NCBI GenBank assembly: GCA_020137815.1
Contig: CM035359.1
Location: 7,130,001-7,194,000, forward strand
Direction of reading: 5' to 3'
Length of the DNA: 64,000 nucleotides
From: Hormiphora californensis
Taxonomy: Eukaryota; Animalia; Ctenophora
Part shown: positions 11,178-23,393 of the stretch, in pieces
Numbering within the stretch: position 1 is the stretch's first letter
How the letters are laid out: each line of letters begins with the position of its first letter
Program-made: the position numbers and the translations under genes
Notes under the pieces: model-generated
What the model saw: the letters and a program-made list of their open reading frames with translations, nothing else
The model's database searches: none
Told to the model about the DNA's origin: nothing

Positions 11178-13662
11178 GAAAGGGGAGGGGGCTGTGTACG
11201 TAAATATAATACTACACAGGTCCCCCAGACTGAAGCAGGAGAACACGGGGGAATGAAAAGACAGTGTGAGAGAGAGAGAAAGAGAGAAAGAGAGAAAGAG
11301 AGAGAAAGAGAGGATAACAGATAGACAAAAGAAAGATAGACAAAGAAAATGGGTGAACTGAGAAACATGTTCAAAGCATACTATACACAAAAGGAGGAGA
11401 GATCAGGTTATAATAAAGGGAGACAGAGGAAGAAAAGAAGGAAAATAAAGAGAACCACAGAAGTTATTAAAGATGAAAGAGAGAGAGAATGTAATTTTCG
11501 TGTACCGCACCCCTCTGAGCAGGTGTGGAGCATTGGCAGAGAGAGAGGGAGAGAGAGAACAGGTGTGTGTTACACTGCCGCACATCATCATCACACACAC
11601 CACAATCTGTCACACAGATGCTCAGATTGAAATCATTGGTAATTACCCCTCCGCACAAGCCTATTAGTATATGTAATAATAGGGGTGACTTTGTAACCAA
11701 ATAATATCACAGAATCACAGATTCACTTACAGTTACTCTCCCAGTACATAAGAACTGGTCTGGTTGCCGTTTTCTGTTGTAGACTATCGCTCTGACCTTC
11801 TCCCTCAATGCAATTGTAATAACAGGTTTGGGCTGTTTAGCACTACTCTGTAGGAGTTCTGAAAAGAGGGTGATGTTTAGACTGCTACAGCTGTGAAAAG
11901 GAGAACATGATGATGAGCTGTTAACATGGTGATGATGTATTATAACTGCTGTTAACTGTATCATAGTGGTTGCTGCTGTGAATAGGGTGGTTGAATTGCT
12001 GCTAGTTAGTACATGTACCACTATGACACTACAGTCGTAACAATATGACAGAGACTTGATTTCATGATGTATTAAATATTCGGATTACACACTCATCACT
12101 GATAATTACTGATTGCCGGGAGTGTAGGGGGGGGGTCCCAAAACGAGGAATTAACTTAAGTTTGGATTTAATCAAAACAAGTAAGGTTACAAAACACGTG
12201 GGGATTAGAAAACACGTTTCACACAAACAAACCAGGTTGAGAGGCAGACAAATCAACAGTTTGAGCGAGGGCAAGTTTAAAGTTGCTGATCGAGGTGTTT
12301 GTCAGGTACCCGTAGGGGCAGACAAAGTTAACAATGTCGCTAATTTCATACTGAGAGGAAAATAAGGGGGCACTGTGTGTGTAATAAGTAACCTCATTTT
12401 ACCCCCTTATACACACGTGTAGGTACCCTAATTAACAGGGCAGCATGTTACAACTATATGGGGTACATTATGTTTCCATTTAGACTCTCTCTCCCCCCTT
12501 GTTATTAACACAAAGGCTCTCAAATATCGGGCATTGTAAAATATGTGTCTGAAAACTGAATCTTTATGTAGAAACCAACAAGATTTGGAGCAGCTGATAT
12601 TTGCTACTTCTAGTTGACACCCATCAAACATCATCGCCAACAACTAATTAAATATAGAGGGCTCGATAAGGTGAGAACTAGTACCTGTGAGGTAGGAAGT
12701 GATTCAAGGAACTTTCCCAGTGTGTGCAGTAGTTCCAGAGTTCCTCCTACCTCTGGTCTCTCACGGAGCAGCACTGAGAGAGAGAGAGAGTGGGGGAGAG
12801 GAAAACGAGATAAGTGTGGTCTGTGGTTTACCGGAATACTAGATTGAATACACAGAATAGTTAATGTCTCTACTACATCTGGGACAGCCAGAGACTCAAT
12901 TAGTAAGAAACCTACCACTTGTATCAGCTTCAGAACGTGGTATTCCGATCAGAATATGCTGTCCAGACATTATATAAACCACTGTTGGTAGAATCACTGA
13001 ACCAACCTGAGATTGCATTACTCATTATCTAGGTAACAGGAGAAGTAGTCGACAGAACCAGAGTTTAACGAGTGTGGTGGTGGTTCAGATAGGTTATAGC
13101 GTGCCAAACTCTGCCCCGTAGGGCAGAACGACATTGCAACTTCGTCATAGCGTCTGTCATCGTATTGTGGTCAGTTAATATCATGGCATTCTTATCGTCA
13201 GTCCGTCATTGTACTTGCAAGACAGTTACGCAGCCTCACGGTAAGGTCGGCTGCACTCTTCGCATCTCCGCCCCGTGAGAACATTGTAACTATCCTGCGA
13301 ATAGGCAACATGAAAAGTTAGGGGGCATATTTTCAAGCTTGGGTTTAACGAGTTTGTTCGCACCTTGAGTGAGGTTATTGGATACCAGGTTCCTTTATCA
13401 CAAACATCTCTCTGGCTATCAAACGTTATTGAGTTCTCATTTCGTTTCCCGTGTTGCCGCTTGTAAACTTCAACAAGTTGATCTACCTCGAGCGTTATAA
13501 AATCCGCCTACACAGGGAATGTGAAAGTTAGTATTTCTAGTCTGGCAAACTTTGTTTTTACTTCTGTTTTACCTCCGTTCTCAATATATTTGTGAAGAAT
13601 TTCTTGCTGTAAAGAACAGAGAGACTTGATCTGGCGAGAACAACCAGCCATTTTAAGTGCAT
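9252..13662 (-). CDS. AP5M1: AP-5 complex subunit mu
   Basis: Exons 13573-13662, 13364-13507, 12916-13006, 12685-12773, 12233-12350, ~11732-11858, then further exons down to the stop at 9252 (some central junctions uncertain). Motifs SVLYSKKF, QRDVC, NFVCPYG, KPVITIALREKVRAIVYNR, WDLES, PLTGVYQ, FPFPNRGLI, LAGSVIF, AYCEVKF and VKIWN are colinear with AP5M1. Confidence 0.88.
9747..9964 (-). repeat. 43-bp minisatellite x5 spanning an AP5M1 3' splice site
   Basis: Unit ggggtcaaatattacactaccagtcaacttcaaggtatctaat at 9747, 9790, 9833, 9876 and 9919; minus strand reads ttag|ATACCTTGAAG (DTLKL...). Confidence 0.9.
13074..13342 (-). mobile_element. Candidate SINE or 5'-truncated retroposon, polymorphic
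   Basis: 11-bp direct repeat GTTTAACGAGT at 13063-13073 and 13343-13353; absent from the homologous copy near 17920; (ACC)n tail and nearby stem-loop on the minus strand. Confidence 0.6.
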
Positions 13663-13724
13663 GCCTAATCCACACAGAAAAACAGTGTTAAAAAGGCTCA
13701 AAATGAAATGAGAAACTTGAACTG

Positions 13725-14074
13725 AAAATGAAAATGAAAATGAACTTCAATATTTATAATTGAGTCATATAAGTGACTCGTCCCGCTCTCACACTACAGA
13801 CATATACAAATAAGTCATATATGTCCTACAAGGCTGAGAGGCTTAGAGCTTCAGCAGTTACCTAAAGCGGGCTTGCGACTGAGATGGACAGTAGGCACGG
13901 AAACAATGATCTAATAACTATCTGGATAGAAAACAATGGGTAGATTTAACAGTAAAAATAACTAACTAAGTTAATTAATTATTAAGTTAGAAATAGTTTA
14001 ATAAGTTAACTAACTATAACTTGCTCCTCACATTCACACACACATGTCACACACACATGTCACACACACACATG

Positions 14075-14114
<40 letters not shown>

Positions 14115-14258
14115 ACACGTCACACACACACATACCAAAATCAACGCCTACACACGCCACACACATACAAACACTGTCAAGATTAGTCGGTATAATAAAT
14201 TAATTAAAAAATTTTTCACCACAAAAAGGATGTAAATTAAAACCTAATATTTACCCAA
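13725..14258 (-). mobile_element. Candidate retroposon insertion with (CATTTT)n tail
   Basis: Flanked by GAACTG (13719-13724, 14259-14264); absent from the copy near 18295; gagtcatataagtgactc stem-loop next to the tail; includes a (CA)n tract. Confidence 0.45.
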
Positions 14259-14855
14259 GAACTGGGTCCTCGGATCTTACGAAAAATCAACTGAGATAAT
14301 GTGCTATGTGGTAAATCTTTAAAATACACACCCAAATTTCAAGAGGTGATTTAAGCTCAACTAGGGGTTCGATGTTTACAGCACAGGACGACTTTAAAAC
14401 CTCGTTTTCTGCGGTTAAAACTTAAACCTTAAAAAAGTGGAACAGCTTTGGTAAAACTCACTCACCAAATTTTTAAAAAAAAGGCAGCAGCGGGGCAAGA
14501 TGGAAGGAGCCCTCCCAGATTGCTGACCGCTCATCGGACACAATTCTAGCAGGACCAGCTCGAATAGAATAGCCGACAATTAAACAGTGTTCTAATGGCC
14601 GAGAGAGGAAAGCTTAGAATATATTGCAGCTAGATCTGTGTGCGAGTTATACTGTCTTGTCAGTGGTTTTCCTCCCCACGGGGACACAGCGTGCTTGCTG
14701 TCTAAAGTAAACGCAGAAGAAAGAATGAGCAGAGAGAAGAGAGAGAGAAGCGTAGAGGAAGGGGATGAAGAGAACGAAGGGAGAGAGAGAGCAGGAGACG
14801 AGGAGGAGAGAGATTTGATTGAGAGGAGACGAGAGAGAGATTGAGAGAGATGACG

Positions 14856-14957
<102 letters not shown>

Positions 14958-15138
14958 AGGTGTGTGTTACACTGCCGCACACCGTCATCACACACACCAC
15001 AATCTGTCACACAGGACCAGTGCTCAGATTTAATAATCATTGTAATTACCCTCCGCAGCACATAGCTATGTATGAATTATAATAGGGTGACTTTGTAACC
15101 AAAAATATCACAGAATCACGATTCACTTACAGTTACTC

Positions 15139-15238
15139 NNNNNNNNNNNNNNNNNNNNNNNNNNNNNNNNNNNNNNNNNNNNNNNNNNNNNNNNNNNNNN
15201 NNNNNNNNNNNNNNNNNNNNNNNNNNNNNNNNNNNNNN
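15139..15238. other. Assembly gap
   Basis: 100 N. Confidence 1.
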
Positions 15239-16154
15239 ACACACACACACACACACACACATACACACACGTCACACACACACATACCAAAATCAACGCC
15301 TACACACGCCACACACATACAAACACTGTCAAGATTAGTCGGTATAATAAATTAATTAAAAAATTTTTCACCACAAAAAGGATGTAAATTAAAACCTAAT
15401 ATTTACCCAAGAACTGGGTCCTCGGATCTTACGAAAAATCAACTGAGATAATGTGCTATGTGGTAAATCTTTAAAATACACACCCAAATTTCAAGAGGTG
15501 ATTTAAGCTCAACTAGGGGTTCGATGTTTACAGCACAGGACGACTTTAAAACCTCGTTTTCTGCGGTTAAAACTTAAACCTTAAAAAAGTGGAACAGCTT
15601 TGGTAAAAAACTCAGCTCAGCTCAATTCAAATAATAAAAGCGCGGCGTGCACAACATAAAAGTTTGGTTTTTTGACTTCAATAAAATGGAACACGCGATA
15701 AATAATAGCAATGCGATGCCAGTTTGACGACTGCGCCGCGCACTATGAAATCGAGCAGCATTTTTAAAAGTTTAAGAGTTCAAGATCAAGTCGACTTTTT
15801 TCAAAATTTGAGTGGCAAGTGCCAAGTGGAGAGGACTGTGCGGCCTTTTTCTAATCTTGCGCCATTAATAAGTTTCCTATCCTACTGCAATTTACGTTTA
15901 CCGCTTGGTTTTATTAGGGCGTTTGTTTCGCTTCTGGAAAATAAGTTTTTTCCAAGTGTGTCACTGGGGCATGCCGCCTGAGCCTTTTGGGTATGTGCAT
16001 AAGGCGACTTTTGTCTTGTTCGACCTCTCTCCCGCTCCCCGCGACTTCTTGTATTGTGCTACACTTTGAGCCTGCTCTTTGGGATTTTATAACTATGATA
16101 ACTACCTTATTCCCTATGACTAGCGACCATCGCGCTCATAACACACACACAACA

Positions 16155-16280
16155 ATGCCAGAATTGAAGTGTGCACCGCGAATTCAGAACCCGTGAAGCT
16201 CTATACAGAAGCTTGAGGAGCGAATTCAGCAGGAGAAGGCATGGATCCCCAACAAACGCAGATTTATTTCCCTTGGAAAC
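16155..16280 (+). pseudogene. Duplicate of cyclin exon 1 with 1-bp indels (probably other haplotype or sequencing error)
   Basis: Nearly identical to 20344-20469 but with +1 and -1 indels that give an early TGA; no downstream exons follow. Confidence 0.6.
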
Positions 16281-16593
16281 GTAAGTCAATGAATCGGGGA
16301 TGAAATAGTTATTACAAAATATACACTTTAAATCCTGAGTTTTTAAAACGTTTGTTTTTGCTCTGTATTGACATCACTGTGATAACAAGTTTTAAAACTG
16401 TTCCCTGGTCTGTTGGTATTGACAATGCATTATCTACCCACAATGTGTTGTTATCAACCGAATTTATGTCACAGAGAGGCCCAGAGTACTCTCAAATTAC
16501 TGTATAATGACCCGTAACTAATTTTCTAATTCTCCTCCTCTCTCTCTTATCAGTAAGACAGTTTCACTCAGTTCCCGAGAAATCCTACAACTT

Positions 16594-18236
16594 CCCAGTA
16601 AAAATAAAAAACTGGTCTGGTTGCCGTTTCCTGTTGTATACAATAGCTCTGATCTTCTCCCTCAATGCAATTGTAATAACAGGTTTGGGCTGCTTAGCAC
16701 TACTCTGTAGGAGTTCTGAAAAGAGGGTGGTTTAGAGTTTAGACTGCTGTGAAAAGGAGAACATGATGATGTGCTGTTAACATGGTGATGTATTATAACT
16801 GATGTTAACTGTATCATAGTGGTTGCTGCTGTGAATAGGGTGGTTGCTGCTAGTTAGTACATGTACCACTATGACACTACAGACGTAACAATATGACAGA
16901 GACTTGATTTCATGATGTATTAAATATTCGGATTACACACTCATCACTGCTGATAATTACTGGTAGTGTAGGGAAATTCCCAAAAAGAGGAATTAACTTT
17001 GTTAACTTTGGATATAATAATTAAAACAAGATCACAAAACACGTGGGGATCAGAAAACACATTTCACACGAACAAACCAGGTTGAGAGGCAGACAAATCG
17101 ACAGTTTGTGCGAGGGCAAGTTTAAAGTTGCTGATCGACGTGTTAATCAGGTAACCGTAGGGGCAGACAAAGTTAACAATGTCGCTAATTTCATACTGGA
17201 AGGAAAATAAGAGGGCACTTTATACTGTGTGTGTAATAAGTAACCTCACTTTACCCCCTTATACACACGTGTATGTACCCTAATTAACAGGGCAGCATGT
17301 TACAACTATATGGGGTACAATATGTTTCCATTTAGGCTCTCTCTCCCCCCTTGTTATTAACACAAAGGCTCTCAAATATCGGGCATTGTAAAATATGTGT
17401 CTGAAAACTGAATCTCTATGTAGAAACCAACAAGATTTGGAGCTGCTGATATTTGCTACTTCTAGTTGACACCCATCAAACATCATCGCCAACAACTAAT
17501 TAAATATAGAGGGCTCGATAAGGTGAGAACTAGTACCTGTGAGGTAGGAAGTGATTCAAGGAACTTTCCCAGAGTGTGCAGCAGTTCCAGAGTTCCTCCT
17601 ACCTCTGGTCTCTCACGGAGCAGCACTGAGAGGGAGGGGGGAGAAGAAAACGAGATAAGTGTGGTTTGTGGTTTACCGGAATACTAGATTGAAAGATTAA
17701 CATCGCATACACAGAATAGTCAATGTCTCTAATAGGGGGAGCTGGAGACTCTAGTAGTAAGAAACTTACCACTTGTATCAGCTTCAGAACGTGGTATTCC
17801 GATCAGGATATGCTGCCCAGACATTATATAAACCACTGTTGGTAGAATCACTGAACCAACCTGGGATTACATTACTCATTATCTAGGTAACAGGAGAAGT
17901 AGTCGACAGAACCAGAGGTTAACGAGTGTATTCGCACCTTCAGTGAGGTTATTGGATACCAGGTTCCTTTATCACAAACATCTCTCTGGCTATCAAACGT
18001 TATTGAGTTCTCATTTCGTTTCCCGTGTTGCCGCTTGTAAACTTCAACAAGTTGATCTACCTCGAGCGTTATAAAATCCGCCTACACAGGGAATGTGAAA
18101 GCTAGTATTTCTAGTCTGGCAAACTTTGTTTTTACTTCTGTTTTACCTCCGTTCTCAATATATTTGTGAAGAATTTCTTGCTGTAAAGAACAGAGAGACT
18201 TGATCTGGCGAGAACAACCAGCCATTTTAAGTGCAT
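16594..18236 (-). other. AP5M1: Second copy of AP5M1 exons 1-6 (probable allelic haplotype)
   Basis: Colinear with 11740-13662; splice sites and exon frames conserved; differences mostly intronic. Confidence 0.8.
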
Positions 18237-18702
18237 GCCTGATCCACACAGAAAAACAGTGTTAAAAATGCTCAAAATGAAATGAGAAACTTGAACTGGG
18301 TCCTCGGAAGTCGGATCTTACGAAAAATCAACTGAGATAATGTGCTATGTGGTAAATCTTTCTCAATTTCAAGAGGGGATTTTAGCTCAACTAGGGGTCC
18401 AATTTTTACAGCACAGGACGACATTAAAACCTCGTTTTCTGCGGTTAAACGTTAAAAAAGTGGAACAGTTTTTGTAGCAAAAAATATGATCGAAAAACTC
18501 ATGATCGAAAAACTCATCAGCTCAAATAATAAAAGCGCGGCGTGCACAACATGAAAGTGTGGTTTTTTTGACTTCAATAAAATGGAACACGCGATAAATA
18601 ATAGCAATGCGATGCCATTTTGACGTCCGCGCCGCGCACTATTAAATCGAGCAGCTTTTTATTTTTAAAGTTTAAAATTTCAAGATCAAGTCGACTTTTT
18701 TC

Positions 18703-19984
18703 TTGGAATGCGCTGCAGCCCCCTATAGTCGGATTTTTTGAAACTGTCACCCCCCTAGAGTTTTCAAATTTCTTTAAATGACCATAAGTCCGGTTCCTGA
18801 TGAGATAGAGACTTGAAATTTGGAAGTTACGAAGATCTTGCTAAGTTCTTCCGAACCTCCAAATTTCAAGTCTCTAGCTTATCAGGAACCGGAGATATGA
18901 CAAATTTTTTTATTTCAGGGGGTGACAGTTTCAAAAAATCCGAGTATACGGTGGCAGATTCCGGCCAACTGTTTTTTTAGTCAAGTGAAATATTTTTGCT
19001 TGAAGTTTTATAAAAATTTTATTTCAAAATAAAAATAAACATGTCCTTAAAATTATTGGCCGGAATCTGCCACGCGAGTGGCAGATCTCGGCCAAGATTC
19101 TAAAAAAAACCTTGGCCAGAATCTGCCAACCACGTGGCAGATTCCGGCCAACAAACTGAAACTTACTTATATCAAAGCGAAAACCGCTGTACCCGACTAA
19201 TTTTGATACGCTGAATCACGTAAGCAACTTTTCCAATCCCTCAGAGGTCGGGAAAGTGTCCTAATTGAGCATAATAGGGTCTAATTGACCCCACTTACAA
19301 CTTTTCACCTGGAAACGATAGACGCTTATGTGAAGGCACTTTTCCGACTAATTTTGATAAGCTGAATCACGTAAGCTATTTTTCAAAGCCCCCCGAGGTC
19401 GGAAAAGTGCCCTAATTGAGCAATTAAGGCCAATTAGACCTAATTATACTTAATTAAGCCAAATTCCCGACCTCGGAGGGCTTGGAAAAGTTGCTTACGT
19501 GATTCAGCGTATCAAAATTAGTCGGAAAAGTGCCTTCACATAAGCGTCTATCGTTTCCAGATGAAAAGTTGTAAGTGGGGTCAATTAGACCCTATTATGC
19601 TCAATTAGGACACTTTCCCGACCTCTGAGGGATTGGAAAAGTTGCTTACGTGATTCAGCGTATCAAAATTAGTCGGGTACAGCGGTTTTCGCTTTGATAT
19701 AAGTAAGTTTCAGTTTGTTGGCCGGAATCTGCCACGTGGTTGGCAGATTCTGGCCAAGGTTTTTTTAGAATTTTGGCCGAGATCTGCCACTCGCGTGGCA
19801 GATTCCGGCCAATAATTTTAACGACATGTTTATTTTTATTTTGAAATAAAATTTTTATAAAACTTCAAACAAAAATATTTCACTTGATTGAAAAAACTCT
19901 TGGCCGGAATCTGCCACCGTAGCCCCCTCATGCGCGCACCCCCGCAATAATATTATATTATAAGGGGCCTGCAACGTATGCCAA
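18703..19984. mobile_element. Mutator-like non-autonomous element with 9-bp TSD, polymorphic
   Basis: ACTTTTTTC at 18694-18702 and 19985-19993; empty site near 15794; imperfect TIR TTGGMATRCGYTGCAGSCCCCT; internal hairpin 18724-18948. Confidence 0.85.
18949..19919. mobile_element. Nested palindromic MITE with TA TSD
   Basis: TA|CGGTGGCAGATTCCGGCCAA...TTGGCCGGAATCTGCCACCG|TA; nearly the whole 970 bp is self-complementary. Confidence 0.8.
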
Positions 19985-20343
19985 ACTTTTTTCAAAATTT
20001 GAGTGGCAAGTGCCAAGTGAAGAGGACTGTGCGGCCTTTTTTTAATCTTGCGCCGTTAATAAGTTTCCTATCCTACTGCAATTTACGTTTACCGCTTGGT
20101 TTTATTAGGGCGTTTGTTTCGCTTCTGGAAAATAAGTTTTGTCACTGGGGCATGCCGCCTGAGCCTTTTGGGTATGCTGCATAAGGCGACTTTTGTCTTG
20201 TTCGACCCTCTCTCCCCGCTCCCCGCGACTTCTTGTATTGTGCTACACTTTGAGCCTGCTCTTTTGGGATTTTATAACTCTGATAACTACCTTATTCCCT
20301 ATGACTAGCTGACCATCGCGCTCATACCAACACTACACAAACA

Positions 20344-23327
20344 ATGCCAGAATTGAAGTGCCACCGCGAATTCAGAACCCGTGAAGCTCTATACAGGAAG
20401 CTTGAGGAGCGAATTCAGCAGGAGAAGGCATGGATCCCCAACAAACGCAGATTTATTTCCCTTGGAAACGTAAGTCAATGAATCGGGGATGAAATATTGT
20501 TATTATCAAAATATACACTTTAAATCCTGAGTTTTTAAAACGTTTGTTTTGCTCTGTATTGACATCACTGTGATAACAAGTTTTAAAACTGCTTCCCTGG
20601 TCTGTTGGTATTGACAATGCATTATCATACCCACAATGTGTTGTTATCAACCGAATTTATGTCACAGAGAGGCCCAGAGTACTCTCAAATTACTGTATAA
20701 TGACCCGTAACTTAATTTTCTAATTCTCCCTCTCTCTCTCTCTCTCTCTTATCAGTAAGACAGTTTCACTCAGTTCCCGAGAAATCCCACTTCCGAGGCC
20801 CCGATATTAAGGGCCCCAACTTCATTTTCTCACTGGTTTATTATTTCCAGGGCCCCAACTTCATTTTCTCACTGGTTTATTATTTCCAGGGCGAGGTGAC
20901 GTTCCTTGAGCGGGATGACGCAGTCCGGGGTATTTTCAATTTAACCAAGATGTTCCGAATGTTCCCGAACACCTATTCGATGGCGGTAAACTTCCTCGAT
21001 AGGTTTACGGCCCTCCTGAAGGTAATACACGAATATACAAACACACACATGTAACACACAAACACGCATACACACACACACACACACATACACACACACA
21101 CACTCTCAAACACACAGCTTCCTACTGCACTTTCCCCAGTCATTGAAAGGACTCCCTTTATTATGACTTGCAACTCGCCCAGTCCTTTTCTCTCTGTGTA
21201 TTATATCTCTCTTCTCCCTTTTCTCCCAGGCCCTACCGCCCATTGACCACAGCATATATAATGTGCCTAAGATCAATATACTACTGTTTAGATCCAGTAT
21301 CCCTTTGTGGTCTGGATAATATATTCCGTGGGAAAGGGCTACATAGTTACACAGGGCTACATAGTTACACAGGGCTACATAGTGCTACCATTACCCCAGC
21401 TGAGAGAATGTTAGGCACTTGTTATACGGGGAGCTTCATTGAGCTAGCTAGGCCAGACTGTGTATGGAATGCCGTGTGGCGACATGAAACTGTGTGAATT
21501 TGGAAGAGTCTCATTGTTTTACCCCCTGGCCCCACTCGTTATAGATGTATCACAATAAGGAGGGGGGGGGGGGGCAATTATATCTCCGTTAGAGAATAAA
21601 AAGAAAGAAGTTAACTCAACAACATGTAACTAGAGCCAGCTAGTTAGTGTACCATTCGATCCCTCTTTATCTCTCTAATGAGGTCGATGTAAGAGAAGAG
21701 AAGATGTGTTAGAAGATGATGTGGGAAGTTGGTTCTTGTGACGTGTACAAGCAAGATCTGTGCTCAGGTTTCCCTACCAATTGGTCTCTCCCCACTCCCC
21801 AGATATCTCACTGTTACTCTTTCTTGACCCTCTGTTGCTCTCTCTCTCTCCCACCCTCTCAGTTTCTCTCTCCCCCCTCTCAGTTTCTCTCTCCCACCCT
21901 CTCAGTTTCTCTCTCCCACCCTCTGGTTATCTCTCTGCTACTCGTGTTCATTTGAGATTGGTTCGGGTCCAATCTTAATTAACCATGTGAGCTGCTCCAG
22001 ATTGATGAAGATAAGATTAACCGAGAACTAGTCCTTCCTTCCTCGCTCATCTCTTTCTTTTCCTCCACCTCTCTTTCTTACTTTTATTTTCCTCCACCTC
22101 TCTTTGTTACTTTTATTTTACTCAATTTCTCTTTCTTACTTTTACTCAATTTCTCTTTCTTACTTTTATTTTCTTCAATTTATATTTCTTACTTTTCCTC
22201 AATTTCTCTTTCTCCTTTCTTCGTACGATTCTAGAGAACCAGATTTTAATTTCCCTAACATAATTACCTGGCCATATGTTTCTGGGAAGGCCAGATGAGT
22301 GGTAGTATGAGAAGAGAGAATGAGAAGAGAGGTAAAATTACTGAAATTCTGTGTGGTTGAGAACCAATGGAAGGATAATATCCCAACCGCACCCACATCC
22401 GGCTCTCACTCGGGGCTAAGTGTTTCTCTCGTTTTAAAAAAGAAGAGGAGAGAGAGGGGGGGAAAGGGAGATGGGAGGGGGGGCCAGGGGGTGCAAAGAA
22501 GGGGGGAAGTGGGGGGCAAATGGGGGGGGGCACCAATTTTTCTCCCTTTTTTTCCCCCCCCTCGTCCCCCCCTTACCCAAAAAAACCCATCCTCTCCCTT
22601 TTTCCCCCCCGCTCCCCCAACCCCCCCCGCCCCCGGGTTTACTCTCTCTTCTCCCCCTCTGGGCCCCCCCTTTTTTTCTCTCTTCTTCTCTCTCTCCCCT
22701 GGGTTTCATTCCCCTCTTTTTCCTCTCCTTCTCTCCTCTTTCTTAAATCTTCACCCCTCATCTCTCCTCCTTTCTCTCCGTTTCGGTCTCCCCTCTCTTT
22801 CTTCCCCTTTCTCTCCTCCCATTTTCCCCAAAAATTCAACTTCTGACCTTCATTTTCCCCCAGTCCTCCTTTGGGCCCTCCCTTTTTTTTCCCGGGTTCT
22901 TGCCCCCCCCGGGGGTTTTCCTCCCCCTTGGGGCCCGGGAAAAAGAGTTTTAAACCAGTTAAAAGGGGGAAATTTTAAACCCAAAAAAAAAGTGGAATAC
23001 CCGACGGGCATGTGTGCAGAACCGAGAGACGAGAAGATGAGTCGGGGTGCAAGGTGGCACCAATTCGTGTGTCCTGGAATGTTGATCCGGAGAGCGCAGG
23101 CTCAGATACAGGAGGCGCTTTAAAATACAACACACTATATCTCATCTCTCATCTCTGAACGAAAAGCTCGCGGCAGTAGAGAGACGGCTGAGCGAGAGCG
23201 CGGGAGAGAGCACCCGAGAGCGGCCGAGAGGAGCGGGAGCGTCTTCTCCTACGATATCGATCTCTCGCTGCAGTTTTCTAGATCGAGCGTATGCGCTAGA
23301 GTCTCTCTCTCGGTCTTCTCTCTCATC

Positions 23328-23393
<66 letters not shown>

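Noticed and set aside
12428-12643. ORF conserved in both copies (also 17280-17495)
   Set aside because: Flanking AP5M1 exons join in phase without it; conservation reflects allelic identity.
22420-23290. Long Pro/Gly/Phe/Lys-rich ORFs (e.g. 22320-23123)
   Set aside because: Homopolymer-dominated sequence typical of low-quality read ends; not credible coding.
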